From assembly GCF_004010195.1 (NCBI RefSeq), contig NC_057719.1, forward strand, positions 68,624,622 to 68,688,621: a DNA stretch of 64,000 bases, read 5' to 3'. Below, in pieces: positions 35,623 to 47,204 of the stretch. The translations under genes and the position numbers were made by a program. Source of the DNA: Chiloscyllium plagiosum (taxonomy: Eukaryota). A model generated the notes under the pieces. That model was not told where the DNA came from. It saw nothing but the letters and a program-made list of their open reading frames with translations, and did no database searches. Position 1 is the stretch's first letter, and each line of letters starts with the position of its first letter.

Positions 35623-37529
35623 TAGATTATGCGATGTATTGAAACTGAATGCTTGAATTAGCAAGCATTTATCCTGATGGTATTGGTGAAGCTAGATTTA
35701 CTCATATTTAGACTAGTTTAAGCACAGGTTAAGAACAGTTAGGATGTGTTGGTTAATGTGTAGGTAGATTTATGGACTGTACATCTATGAATGTTTCTGA
35801 AATTTGAAATAAAGGCATCATTTGGATAAATACAGATCATGGCGGCAAATAGAAATCCCTTGATGAAAATGTTCACTAATCTCATAGTGTTTGCTTAATA
35901 GAGATGACTTCCTAATGGAATTGTTTCACATTAACTGCTGTAAAAATGTTTTAACAATTTAGAATTCTCTTGAATGTGAGCCAGATTTACAATAATTCAA
36001 TTACAGTCAAAGGAATCAGATAATAAAGACCATTGGGCTTGCATAAAATCATGGATAAACTTAATTTTATATGTTTTAAACCAATGGAATTAATTGCCAA
36101 TCTCTGAAAGACTTGATGTTTTTCTTTATAATCTCATTTAAACATACGACTCAACCCAATATTCAGTACCCATATTATGTAGCCCAAATGTCGGCATTTT
36201 TAGGCTCTGTCCTTCTGCTCTCCATGGTTGTTATTGTCTTTTCCTCTGGTCTGTAAAATTAATAAAACATTGGAATTGATTTTGTTCCAATTACAATATA
36301 AATGTATTTGTGGAAACTGACATCATTTTATTTCAATAGTGGACATGGCAGTTGATATTGATAAAAGATTATGTTTGTAATATTTTATATTACTTAGCAT
36401 AGCAGTCTATTTCTTTTGAAGCATGTTTGCCTTTTAAACTTATTTATGTCTTAAAATTAGGCAAATAATTAATCATCAAAATATTTAAAATTCTTTTTTA
36501 AATTGCAAAGACAGAAGAATTATTAATGTGCTCAGGTTTTCCATATAATTACAGCCAACTGGGAAAGGTTAATTAGTGTTGTAAATTTGCAGCTATTCAG
36601 GCCAGGAAATAACTTGATCCTTTAATTTTTTAATTAATCATTTAGCAGACAGTTATGTATCTAGTTAGCAACAGATGCTTTAGAAGTTCTGCTATAAAGC
36701 CAGAAATTTGTTAAAACTTTGACCTGTGCACACAGTATTTTTATTTTCAAAGTCAAGTCTATAGGTTTTCTGTATTAAGAGTCAAAGGATGAGGTCGTTC
36801 TGTCACACATGCTGTGACATTGACATTTTCCCATTTGGTTTTGGCAAGTTTTGTTGCTTTTTTTTATTTACTCCTCAAGCAAGTAGATAAAGTTAACAAT
36901 TGATTCCAGTGTTAATAGTGTTCCTGTAGCACCTTCTACAAACTTATCAAGTGCCTGTTCAACCACTGAGGAAATCACATTTGATAGTCATTCAATCTGT
37001 ACCCAATGACAGTCGAGATGCTACCTTCTCATGCACGCATGTGCATGCATTATGCACACTTTGGTCTCAGAGTATCACCTGGATCCTGATCTCTCACCAG
37101 CTGATAATTGTGTTTATTTCTATTGTCATCAGGTGAATACCCTGATTGGTGCTTTAAATTTGTTGCTTACTCCAGGATAATTGAAATTAATTGTAGTTCC
37201 TGTGCAGCCCTGGCTAAGACTGACGTACTCAACACAAGTAAATGATCAAGCCTTTTCTGCCATGAAAAACTGAATAACTGCTGAACATCCTTGGAGCAAG
37301 GTGCTGGGAGAGACTCAGCCTTTCCCTAAATCTTTCCTGGCGGGAGAAAACTTGTAAAACATTACACTAATAAGAGTTGAAGCCTTTATTTTGGTACTGA
37401 AATTACGCAATAGACTTTGATTAAAGAATTTCCACAAAGTTTGTTTTACGATCATAGTATCTGCTTCTGGTATTTAATTGGATGTAACATGTTTGTTATT
37501 ACTTTTTTCCATATTCCATAAACAAGTTA

Positions 37530-39037
37530 CTTTCAGGAATCATTGAAGTCAGGGGTGTCTCAGAGGACTGAAAAATGGCTAATGTAATACCCTTGTTTAA
37601 GAAGGGAGGGAGGCAGAAGAAAGGAACTCTAGGCTGGTTAGTCTTTTTGTGGTCATTAGTAAGGATTTAGAGTCCCTTATTAAAGATGAGATTGCAGAAT
37701 ATTTGGGAGTGCATGGTAAACAGGGCTGAGTTAGCACTTCCTGAAGAAGGGCTTATGCCCCAAATGTCGATTCTCCTGTTCCTTGGATGCTGCCTGACCT
37801 GCTGGGCTTTTCCAGCAACACATTTTCAGCTCTGAGTTAGCACTTTGTCAAGGGGAGGTCGTGACTGATAAATCTGTTAGAATTCTTTGAGGAGGTAACA
37901 ATCAAGTTAGACAAAGGAGAGCCAGTGGACGTGATCACTTTGGATTTTTAGAAAGCCTATGACCAGATATCCGCATAGGAGGCTGCTAAATTAGAGCCTA
38001 TGGTGTTAGGGGCAAGATATTGGCATGGATAGAGAATTGGCTGACTGTCAGAAGGCAGAGGGTCAGGTTAAAGTCGTCCTTTTCAGGATGACAGCTGGTG
38101 ACTAGTGGATGTCCGCAAGGATCAGTGTTATGACCACAACTGTTCACATAACACATTAGTGATCTGTTCAATCAACTGAGGGCACTATTGCTAGGTTTGC
38201 AGATGACACAAAGACCGGTGGAGGGACAAGTAGTGTTGAGGAAGCAGGAACGCTATACGTGGACTTGGATATGTGAGGAGAGTGGACAAAGAAATGGCAG
38301 ATGGAAGATAAAGTGTGAAAGTGTGAGGTTATGTAATTTTAGGAAGAATAAAGGCATAGACTATTTTCTAAATGGGGAAAGGCTTTGGAAATCTGAAGCA
38401 CAAAGAAATTTGGGAGTCCTAATTCAGAATTCTATTCAGGCTTTCGTGCAGTTTCAGTTGGCATTTAGGAAGGCAAGTGCAATGTTAGCACCTATTTCAT
38501 GAAGGCTCGAATATAAGGGCAAAAATATACTGCCTCAGCTCTGGTCAGACTACATTTGGAATATTGTGAGCTGTTTTGAGCCCTGTATCTAAGGAAGGAT
38601 GTGCTGGCTTTTGAGGGGGTCGAGAGGAAGTTTATAAGAATGATCCAAAGGATAAATGGCTTGTCAGAGCTGGTGGTGTTGAGGACTGTGGGTCTGTACT
38701 TAATGTAGTTTAGAATGATGGGGGGGGGGGGCACCTGATTGAAACTTACAGCATATTGAGAGGCCTGGGTAGGGTGGATGTGGAGAAAATGTTTCTACGA
38801 GTAGGAAAGACAAGGATCTGAGGGCACAGCCTCAGGGTGAAGGGACAACCCTTTCGAACTGAGATGAAGAATTTCGTCAGCCAGAGGGTGGTGAATCTGT
38901 GGAACTCACTGCCACAGAGGGCTGTGGAGACCAAGTCATTAAATGTATTTACGACAGCGATAGTTAGGTTCTTGATTGGTAAGGGGATCAAGTGTTATGG
39001 GGAAAAGGCAGGGAATTGGGGTTGAGAAATATCTCAG
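37530..39037 (+). mobile_element. CR1 LINE ORF2 (decayed); its 3' UTR continues at 41452-41535
   Basis: W(K)MANVIPLFKKG, LLEFFEEVT, FADDTK, FVSQRVVNLWNSLPQRAVE. Confidence 0.9.
37740..37831 (+). mobile_element. 92-bp PLE-derived insert
   Basis: Perfect 14-bp TSD ctgagttagcactt (37726-37739, 37832-37845). Begins at cctgaagaagggcttatgccc. Confidence 0.88.
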
Positions 39038-39267
39038 GCTGGAGCCCATCTTCAGGGAGTCTTGGGGGTGGAAAGATAAATGGGAGAGGAGTGGGAGAAG
39101 TTGGTGAGAGTGCAATAGGTGGATAGAGGCAGAGGTAAAGGTGATAGGTTGGAAAAAAGGAAGATTGACAGGTGGGACAGGTCATTAAGGGCGGTGCTGA
39201 GCTGGAAGGTTGGAACTGGGATAGGGTGCAGGGAGAGGAAATGAGGAAGCTGGTGAAGTCTATATTG

Positions 39268-39600
39268 ATTAGATTAGATTTCCTACAGCATGGAAACAGG
39301 CCCTTCGGCTGAACAAATCCACACCGACCCTCCGAAGAGTAACCCACCCAGACCCATTCCCCTACCCTATATTTACTCCTGACTAATGCACCGAACACTA
39401 TGGGCAGTTTAGCATGACCAATTTACCTGACCTGCTGCACATCTTTGGATTGTGGGAGGAAACCAGAGCACCCAGAGAAAACCCATGCAAACAGGGGAGA
39501 ATATGCAAACTCCACACAGACAGTCACCTGAGGCGGGAATTGAACCCGGGTCCTTGGAGCTGTGAGGCAGCAGTGCTAACATTTGAGCCACCATGCCGCT
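39268..39600 (-). mobile_element. HE1-like SINE inserted in the PLE
   Basis: attagattagatt tail through to the reverse head gctaacatttgagccaccatgccgc. Confidence 0.9.
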
Positions 39601-40405
39601 CAGGGGTTGATGCCCTGCAGTTGAAGGGTCCCGAGGCTGAAGATAAGGCATTCTTCCTCCAGATGTTGGGTGGTGAGGGAGTGACGACGACCTGCATGTC
39701 CTCGGCAGAGTGGGAGGGGGAGTTGAAATATTTGGCCATGGGGTGGTGGGGTTGGTTGGTTCGGGTGTCCCAGAGATGTTCCCTGAAGCGCTCTGCAAGA
39801 AGGCGTCATGTCTTCCCAATGTAGAGGAGACAGCATTGGAAGCAACAGATACAATAAATGACGTGTGGGAGTGCAGGTGAAACTTTGATGGATGTGGAAG
39901 GCTCCTCTGGGGGCTTGGACGGAGGTGAGGGGTGGGGTGTGGGCGCAGGTTTTGCAATTCCTGCAGTGGTAGGGGAAGGTGCCAGGAGGGGAGGATGGCA
40001 TGTTAGGCAGTGTGGACCTGACCAGGTAGTTGCGGAGGGAACGGTCTTTGTGGAAATTGGATAGGGATGGGGAGAGAAATATATCCTTGGTGGTGGGGTC
40101 CATTTGTAGGTGGCGGACATGTCGGCACACGATGCGATTTATGCGATATTGGTGGGGTGGAAGGTGAGGACTGGGGTGGGGTGGTGGTGGGGGGAGGGTT
40201 CTGTCCTTGTGGTTGGAGGGGTGGAGTTTGAGGGCAGAGGTGCAGGATGTGGATGGAATGCATTGGAGGGCATCTTCATTCAAATGGGAGGTGAAATTTC
40301 GGTCTATAAAGAAGGAGGCCATCTGGTGTGTTCTGTGGTGGAACTGGTCCTCCTGGGGGCGGAGGCAGAGGAATTGGGAATACGGAATAGCATTGATGCA
40401 GGAGG

Positions 40406-40610
40406 TAGGGTGGGAGGAGGTGTAATCCAGATAGCTGTGCGATTGGAGGGGGTAGGGTGGGTGGAGGTGTAATCCAGGTAGCTGTGGGATTGAAGGAGAT
40501 GGGGTGAGTGGAGGTGTAATCCAGGTAGCAGTGGGATTGGGAAAGGTAGGGTGGGAGGAGGTGTAATCCAGGTAGCTGTGGGATTGGGGGAGGTAGCTGT
40601 GGGATTGGGG
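40406..40610 (-). repeat. Tandem repeat of about 46 bp (4 copies plus a partial) at the PLE inversion junction
   Basis: ggaggtgtaatccaggtagctgtgggatt repeated; encodes SHSYLDYTSSHP of the PLE RT. Confidence 0.9.
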
Positions 40611-41759
40611 GGGAAATATTTCTCTCCCCACCCCTAAACCACTTTCCGCAAAGACTGGTCCCTCTGCGACTACCTGGTCAGGTCCACGTCCCCTAACAAC
40701 CCATGCTCCCCTCCTGGCACCTTACCCTGCCACCACAGGAATTGCAAGCCATGCGCCCACACCTCCCCCCCTTAACTTCATCCAAGGCCCCAAAGGAGCC
40801 TTCCACATCCATCAAAGTTTCACCTGCACTTCCACACGTTATTTATTGTATCCGTTGCTCCCGATGCGGTCTCCTCTACAGAGTGCTTTAGCGAACATCT
40901 CCAGGATACCCGCACCAATCAACCCCACCGCCCTGTGACCAAGCATTTCAACTCCTCCTCCCACTCTGCCGAGGACATGCAGTTTCTGGGTCTCCTCCAT
41001 CACCGCTCCCTCACCACCCGATGCCTGGAGGAAGAATGCCTTATCTTCAGCCTCGGGACCCTTCAACCGCAGGGCATCAATGTGGACTTTACCAGTTTCC
41101 TCATTTCCCCTCTCCCCACCTTATCTCAGTTCCAACCTTCCAGCTCAGCACTGCCCTGATGACCTGTCCCACCTGTCAATCTTCCTTACCTATCCACTCC
41201 ACACGCCTCTCTGACCATTTACCTTTACCCATACCTCCATCAACCTATTGCACTCTCAGCTACCTTCTCTCCAGCCCCATCCCTCTCCCATTTATCTTTC
41301 CATCCCCAAAGCTCTCAGTCTCATTCCTGATGAAGGGCTCCAGCCCGAAATGTCAATTTTCCTGCTCCTTGCATACTGCCTGATCTGCTGTGATTTTCCA
41401 GCAGCACACTGTCAACTCTGATCTCCAGCATCTGCAGACCTCACTGTCTCCTTGAGAAACATCACAGCCTTGTTTAAATAAAGGCGCAGATTTGATGAGC
41501 CCAGTGGCTTAATTGTACCCCCATATTTTACTGTCATGTGCAGGAGTGAAGATTTCAATACTGTTAATGGCACTAGCTCTAGCACAAAATCCAGTAAGTA
41601 TTAACTGACAGTGATGCAGTCCAAACATGGAGAATGCTCTATAAAGACTAATCACAAATGCCCTTGATCTAGATTTGAGAGTCCAGACAGTATGCAGTCT
41701 ACATGAAGCAGGGTTTCATTTTGTCTTGATAAGTTTTGATCTAGCAGTGATCACAGATT

Positions 41760-41876
41760 CCTGATGAAGGGCTTATGCCCAAACTCTCCTGCTCCTCAGA
41801 TGCTGACTTGCTGTGCTTTTCCAGCACCACACTTTTTGACTCTGACTCTCCAGCATCTGCAGTCCTCACTTTCTCC
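41760..41876 (+). mobile_element. Short PLE-derived insert
   Basis: Starts cctgatgaagggcttatgccc. TSD cagtgatcacagatt / cagtgatctcatatt (41745-41759, 41877-41891). Confidence 0.85.
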
Positions 41877-42081
41877 CAGTGATCTCATATTGCATGATTT
41901 TCAAATAATCTATTTGGTTTGATCTGTCTCAACATTCAATTTGGATTATTAATTGCATTTATTTCTCTAATATGGAAGAATATTTATTTTAATCTGTAAC
42001 CATATGCACCAGCTTAATACTGGTAATGCTTATGTTTCACCTGCTGTTACATTATGCTGTAATTGTTACTATGGAACTTAT

Positions 42082-42240
42082 CATCTGAGGAGCAGGAAAA
42101 TCGGCGTTTCAGGCAGGGGCTTTTCATCAGGAATCTGGTGGATGGCTTTTGTCCGAAACATTGATTTTTTTGTTTTGTTTAATTTTTTTTTCTCTGCTCC
42201 TTGGATGCTGCCTGGCCTACTGTGCATTTCCAGCACCACT
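42082..42240. mobile_element. Degenerate fold-back PLE-derived element
   Basis: gaggagcaggaaaatcggcgtttc...catcagg joined to ...ccgaaacattgat...ctgctccttggatgctgcc. Confidence 0.7.
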
Positions 42241-42839
42241 GTAATCATAATACCAGTGATGTAGAGCTTCAGTTATATGGAGACATTAAAGAAAATGAGA
42301 ATGTTCTCTTCAATGTATAGAAAGTGAAAGTTAGATTCAAGAATTTGAGGGTATTGAATAAGTGAAACAAAACTTTCCAGTGGTACAAGGTTCATTAAGC
42401 AAAAGGGAAACACTAACAGAAGTATCAGAAGAAGCGAGTTAATGTGATCCTGAATGCACTGTTTGACAGGACTGTAGGAGTGCACTTAATAGGACCTTTC
42501 AAAAGGAGAATCGGACATAGACCTGAAGGAGAAAAAGGTAGGAGGGTAGAGCAGGGGAATGGGTGACTTAGAGCCAGTGCACACACATGGTGAGTTTCTG
42601 CTGCGTTGGTAAGCCTTTCAGAAAAAGGCATGCAAGGAAGGTCAGAGAGGTAGTGTTGTAATATCGTCTCCACGTTTCAAGACCCATCTTGGGAAACTTT
42701 CACCATCTACTGTCACCTTTTGGGGGTGAGGTGTGGGCAAGAACTATAGTTAAAGGCAAAGCGCATGTGCCACTTCCTGCTGGGATCACTTATAAATTGG
42801 CTTTGAGAACTGAATTCATATGACTACTCCAAACAGAAG

Positions 42840-43130
42840 AGAGTGGCATGGTGCCCAGTGGTTAACCCTGCTGCCTCACATGCCAGGGACCCGGATTCAA
42901 TTCCAGCCTCAGGTCGACTGTATGGAGTTTGAATGTTCTCCCCATGGATGGATTTCTTCTGGGTGCTCTGATTTCCTCCCACTGTCCAGAGATGTACAGA
43001 TTAAGTGGATTGTCCATGCTAAATTGCCCATAGTGTCCAGGGATGTGCAAGTTAGGTGAATTACAGAGATAAAATCTGAATGGATGCTGTTGGGAGGCTC
43101 GATGGGCTGAATGGCCTCTTTCTGCATGAC
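42840..43130 (+). mobile_element. Diverged HE1-like SINE
   Basis: ggcatggtgcccagtggttaaccctgctgcctcac...ggattcaattcc...V-domain. Confidence 0.8.
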
Positions 43131-43849
43131 CAGAATTAGATGAGACATTACCTCATATTTGGGTAGTCTATGGCCAGAATGATGCCATAGCGTTCTGCTA
43201 ATTACACATGCACATGGAGCTTTGAGCTTGGTTACTCAGGCAGTCGTTAATAGTTAATTATACACAGATGTTGTGGGTGTGTCCAGACCTGGCACTGTGT
43301 ATTTGTAAATTGCTCAAAAATTAACTGATATTGACTGAGTGTTCCCACGCAGTGGTGGTAAAGGAATTCTTCATACTTCGTTGTGTGGGCAATCTTGTCT
43401 GACCTGACTACTGAGCGACTGTGATATCCAGCTCCTGAAAGGGGAGGGGAAAGAATGATCAAATACAAAGTTTGAGGCTGCCCTGTGAGCTTGAGGTAAC
43501 ATATTATCAGATCTTTCGGCCGAGACCTTAAACTGAGGCTCCACCCGTCCCTTGGGACTTGGGTTGCTGTAAGTGATTTTGGGGAACTCTTCAGAAGATG
43601 AGAATAGATGCCCTGGCCTTTATATGAATGAAAAGAACAGGCAAACTGTGTATTTGTTACTGGGGTAATTGGTATATGTAGTGTTAGAACCAACAGCAAC
43701 ATTGTTAGCAACATAAAGGCTACCTAACTAACTAAAAAGGCTAACTTGGCAGAGACAGGGGATGTGGCTGGAACCTTGTGGTTTGTATATATAGGTGAGA
43801 ACAGAGAGTGTTACTTTTCCATAGTGTTTGCGAAAAACACAAAAGTGCA

Positions 43850-44190
43850 TGGCAGCCAATCAGGTTGTAAATTTTGAAGTACAGTTACCATTGGCTTGCC
43901 TCATTTCCAACACTTCCAATGTGTATACAGGAAGCTCCTAGCAATATGATTAATGATCAGTCAATCTTTTCTAGTGCTGTTGCTTGAAGGATAAATATTG
44001 ACCAGGACACAAGGAAGAAGTCTTTATCGGATAATTTATGCTCATCTGAGGTGAGGCAGACAGGACTTCTGTTTAACTCCCATTTGAAAGATGACCCTTC
44101 CGTTAATGCCTCAGGATGGTACTGGGCCCTCAACGTGGGTTTTGTTCTTGCTGTTCTGGAATAGCGATTGTGGGATTGAGTGTGTAACCA
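43850..44190 (-). mobile_element. DeuSINE-type remnant
   Basis: gaaggataaatattgaccaggacac...gcagacaggacttctgtttaac..catttgaaagatg resembles the reverse of the Deu core. A + strand fragment also lies at about 43510-43640. Confidence 0.55.
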
Positions 44191-44225
44191 CCTGTGAAAC
44201 TGCTGATAGTGATGGGATTCCAGGC

Positions 44226-44420
44226 ACGAAAATAGAAATGGCTGGAAAGACTCAGCGGGTCTGGCAGCATCTGTGAAGAGAAATCAGGAGCTGAGGAAGG
44301 GTCACTGGACCTGAAAGGTGACTGATTTCTCTTCGCAGATGCTGCCAGACCTGCTGAGCTTTTCCAGCAGTTTCTGTTTTTGTTTCTAATTTGCAGCATC
44401 TGTAGTTCTTTCAGTTTTTG
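44226..44420 (+). mobile_element. Fold-back PLE-derived element with central hammerhead-like core
   Basis: Arms gctggaaagactcagcgggtctggcagcatctgtgaagagaaatcag / ctgatttctcttcgcagatgctgccagacctgctgagctttccagc. TSD tgggaTtccaggc / tgggtttccaggc (44213-44225, 44421-44433; 1 mismatch). Confidence 0.85.
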
Positions 44421-44602
44421 TGGGTTTCCAGGCCTCTGGTTAGCATGCATACTATGGATCAGATAGCCTCCTGCGCCGTAAGAAAGAGCACAAAGGATGG
44501 CAGGTATTTCTGGAAAGGCAGGTTTCTGATTGAAATGTAACCCAGTCAGTAGCATGAGCCTGGGTCTCAGCAACTTGCAGGCCTGTTGAGTACTTGCAGC
44601 TT

Positions 44603-44776
44603 GGAGAAAGTGAGGACTGCAGATGCTGGAGATCAGAGTCAAAAAGTGAGGTGCTGGAAGAGAGCAGCCAGTCAGGATAAAGAGCTTGTGCTCAAAACGT
44701 TGACACTCCTGCTCCTCGGCTGCTGCCTGACCGTGTGTGCTTTGACTCTGGGCACTCAGCACCTTCAGTATTCACT
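44603..44776. mobile_element. Degenerate fold-back PLE-derived element
   Basis: ggagaaagtgaggactgcagatgctggagatcagagtc arm, followed by ctcctgctcctcggctgctgcctgacc. Confidence 0.7.
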
Positions 44777-44969
44777 GGGTGAATGAAATAGCTCTTGCCA
44801 TTACCATTGTCCAAGGACATGAACTATATCCAGTTGAATTAATCCCATAAGGATCACACTTGGTAAATACAATTGTTCTTTACAATGACTCAATTGCATA
44901 TGTCATACACACCAGGAGGGTCCCACACGATGCATACTGTTCAATGCCTTTCACAATTCCTTAGATATA

Positions 44970-46030
44970 TTCATGGAATGTGTTAAGCTAGCATATATTG
45001 CCCATCCTTCATTGTCCTAGAGAAAGTCTTGGTGTGCTGCTGCATCAATGTGGTGTAGCTATAGCCATAGTGCTGTTAGGGACTTAGTTCCAGGAGTTTG
45101 ACCTAGTGAAGGAGTGGTCATGTCATTCTAAGTCAGGATGGTGTGCGGCTTGGTGGGAAACTTGCAGGTGGTGCTGTTCCCATACATTTGCTGCTTTTGT
45201 CTTTCAAGGTGATAGAGGTCAATGATTTTGAAGGTGCTATTGAATAAACCTTCATTAGTTACTGCACTTCTTTTTGTAGGTATACACACTGCTGCCACCG
45301 TGTGTGAGTGAATATTGAAGGTGGTGGTAGGATTTCCATAAAGTGGACTGCTTTATCCTGAATTGTGTCAAGCTTCTGGAGTGTTGTTGGAGCTGTACTC
45401 ATCCAGGCAAATGGGGAATATTCAACCACACTCCTGACCTGTGCCTTGTAGATGAGAAGCTTTGTGAAGTCAGGCAGTGAGTTGCTCGCTGCGGGATTCC
45501 TAACCACTGACCTGCTCTTTTAGCCACTGTTTTTTTTTGGTCAATGGTAATCCCAGGATTTTGATAGAGGAGGATTCAGCGATGATAATAACAATTGAAT
45601 GCAAGGAGCATTGGTTAGCTTCTTCCTTTATTGGAGGTGGTCACACTTGTGTAGTACGAATACTACTTGCCACTTTTCAGGCCAAGCCTGAATATTGTCC
45701 AGATCTTGTTGCATTTGAACACGGACAGGTTCAGTATTTGAGGAGTTATGAGTGGTGCTGAACATTGTGTAATCATCGGGAAATATCACCACTTCTGACG
45801 TTAATGATGGAGGGAGAGAAGTAATTGATGAAGCAGCTGAAGATGGTTGGGCCGAGGACACTACCCTGAGGAATTCCTACAGAGATTTCTTGGACTGAGA
45901 TGACTGGCCTTCGACAACCACAACCTAGTATGACTCCAACCAGCGGGAGAATTTTGCTCGGGATTTTCATTGACTCCAATAGTCCAGAGTACTTGACCAC
46001 AGTGTGTGGTCACAAGCTGCCATGATGACA
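44970..46030 (-). mobile_element. Non-LTR retrotransposon RT and 3' end (CR1-superfamily lineage distinct from HER1)
   Basis: [65 protein letters not shown]. Its tail resembles that of the SINE at 50898. Confidence 0.85.
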
Positions 46031-46591
46031 CGAGCAGTCACCTTGACCTCACTTTTGTCTGTAAAGAGCACTTTTATTGAACTAGGAACTGAAAAGGAGA
46101 AAAATGGGCCCTGCCTTTAAAAAGGGAGAAATTCCATGATTTGTTTGTGGCTTTACAAAGCAAGTGGAGCTAATTAATTCATATGTAACAATGCCTACTT
46201 TTGAGGATGACACGGCACTGCCACTGTGTGTGATCAGGGCAACGTTGTTTATAGACAGTCTGGATTGGCTTTAAAGTTGGTGCCTGTGGTGAGTACCAGA
46301 GTCAACAGCATCGCAACAAGCCTCTGATCAGTGGGTTTGCAGTCTAACACAGACTGTGAGGAGTGCGTTATACCTCACTGGCTAATATGCTGAAAATCAA
46401 ACTCCACTACTGTTGAAGTCATCACACGAGTTAAAGATTTAAAAGTATCCGGCATTCTCCAACTTTCATGTCTTTTAAACTCTGGCTAACAGAAAGCATG
46501 GGCCAGATTTCTGTACTTAACAAATCTATTTGTTTGTAATAAATAGTCAAACTACAGATACAATTATAAACTGTTGACATCAAACTGTACT

Positions 46592-47200
46592 TGGAGAGAG
46601 TGAGGTCTGCAGATGCTGGAGATCAGAGTTCAGAGTGTGTTGCTAGAAAAGCACAGCAGGTCAGGCAGCATCTGAGGAGCAGGAGAATCAACGTTTTGGG
46701 CTTGAGCCCTTCATCAGGAATGAGGCTGTGAGCCGAGGGGGTGGAGAGATAAATGGGGGGGGGTGGGGGATGGGGGCGGGGTGGAAGGTAGCTGAGAGTT
46801 CAGTAGGTAGATGGAGGTGGGGATAGTGGTGAATAAGTCAGAGAGGAGGGTGGGGCGGATAGGTGAGAAGGAAGATGGGCAGGTCATGAGGGCAGTGCCG
46901 AGTTGGAAGGTTGGAACTGGGAAGAGGTGGTGGGAGGGAAAATGAGACTGGTGAAATCCACATTGATGCCGTGGGGTTGGAGAATCCTGAGGCGGAAGAT
47001 TGGGGGTTCTTTCTCCAGTCGTTGGGTGGTAATGGTTTGGCAATGGAGGAGGCCCAGGACCTGCATGTACTTGGCGGAGTGGGAGGGGTAGTTGAAGTGT
47101 TTGGCCACGGGTTAGTGGGGTTGTCTAGTGCGGGTGTCCCGGAGATGTCCTCTGAAGTGCTCTGCAAGTAGATGTCCTGTCTCCCCAGTGTAGAGGATAC
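46592..47200 (-). mobile_element. Penelope-like element 3' end
   Basis: AKHFNYPSHSAKYMQVLGLL..IFRLRILQPHGINVDF. Reverse terminus contains ctgatgaagggctcaagcccaaaacgtt. Confidence 0.9.
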
Positions 47201-47204
47201 TGCT

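Larger units (their letters stand above)
39038..41451. mobile_element. Penelope-like insertion in inverted configuration (minus copy to about 40610, plus copy from about 40612)
   Basis: Both arms encode HVIYCI.C..C.LLY(IG) and HFNS.SHSAEDMQ..CLIFSLGTLQ..GIN. Flanked by a 16-bp TSD ttgagaaaYatcWcag (39022-39037, 41452-41467). Confidence 0.9.

Noticed and set aside
40406..40610. CRISPR-like array
   Set aside because: Vertebrate DNA; the units are direct tandem copies of PLE coding sequence with no unique spacers and no cas genes.
39600..40631. 343-aa ORF as a novel gene
   Set aside because: Frameshifted PLE RT/linker sequence plus the tandem stutter; not a host gene.
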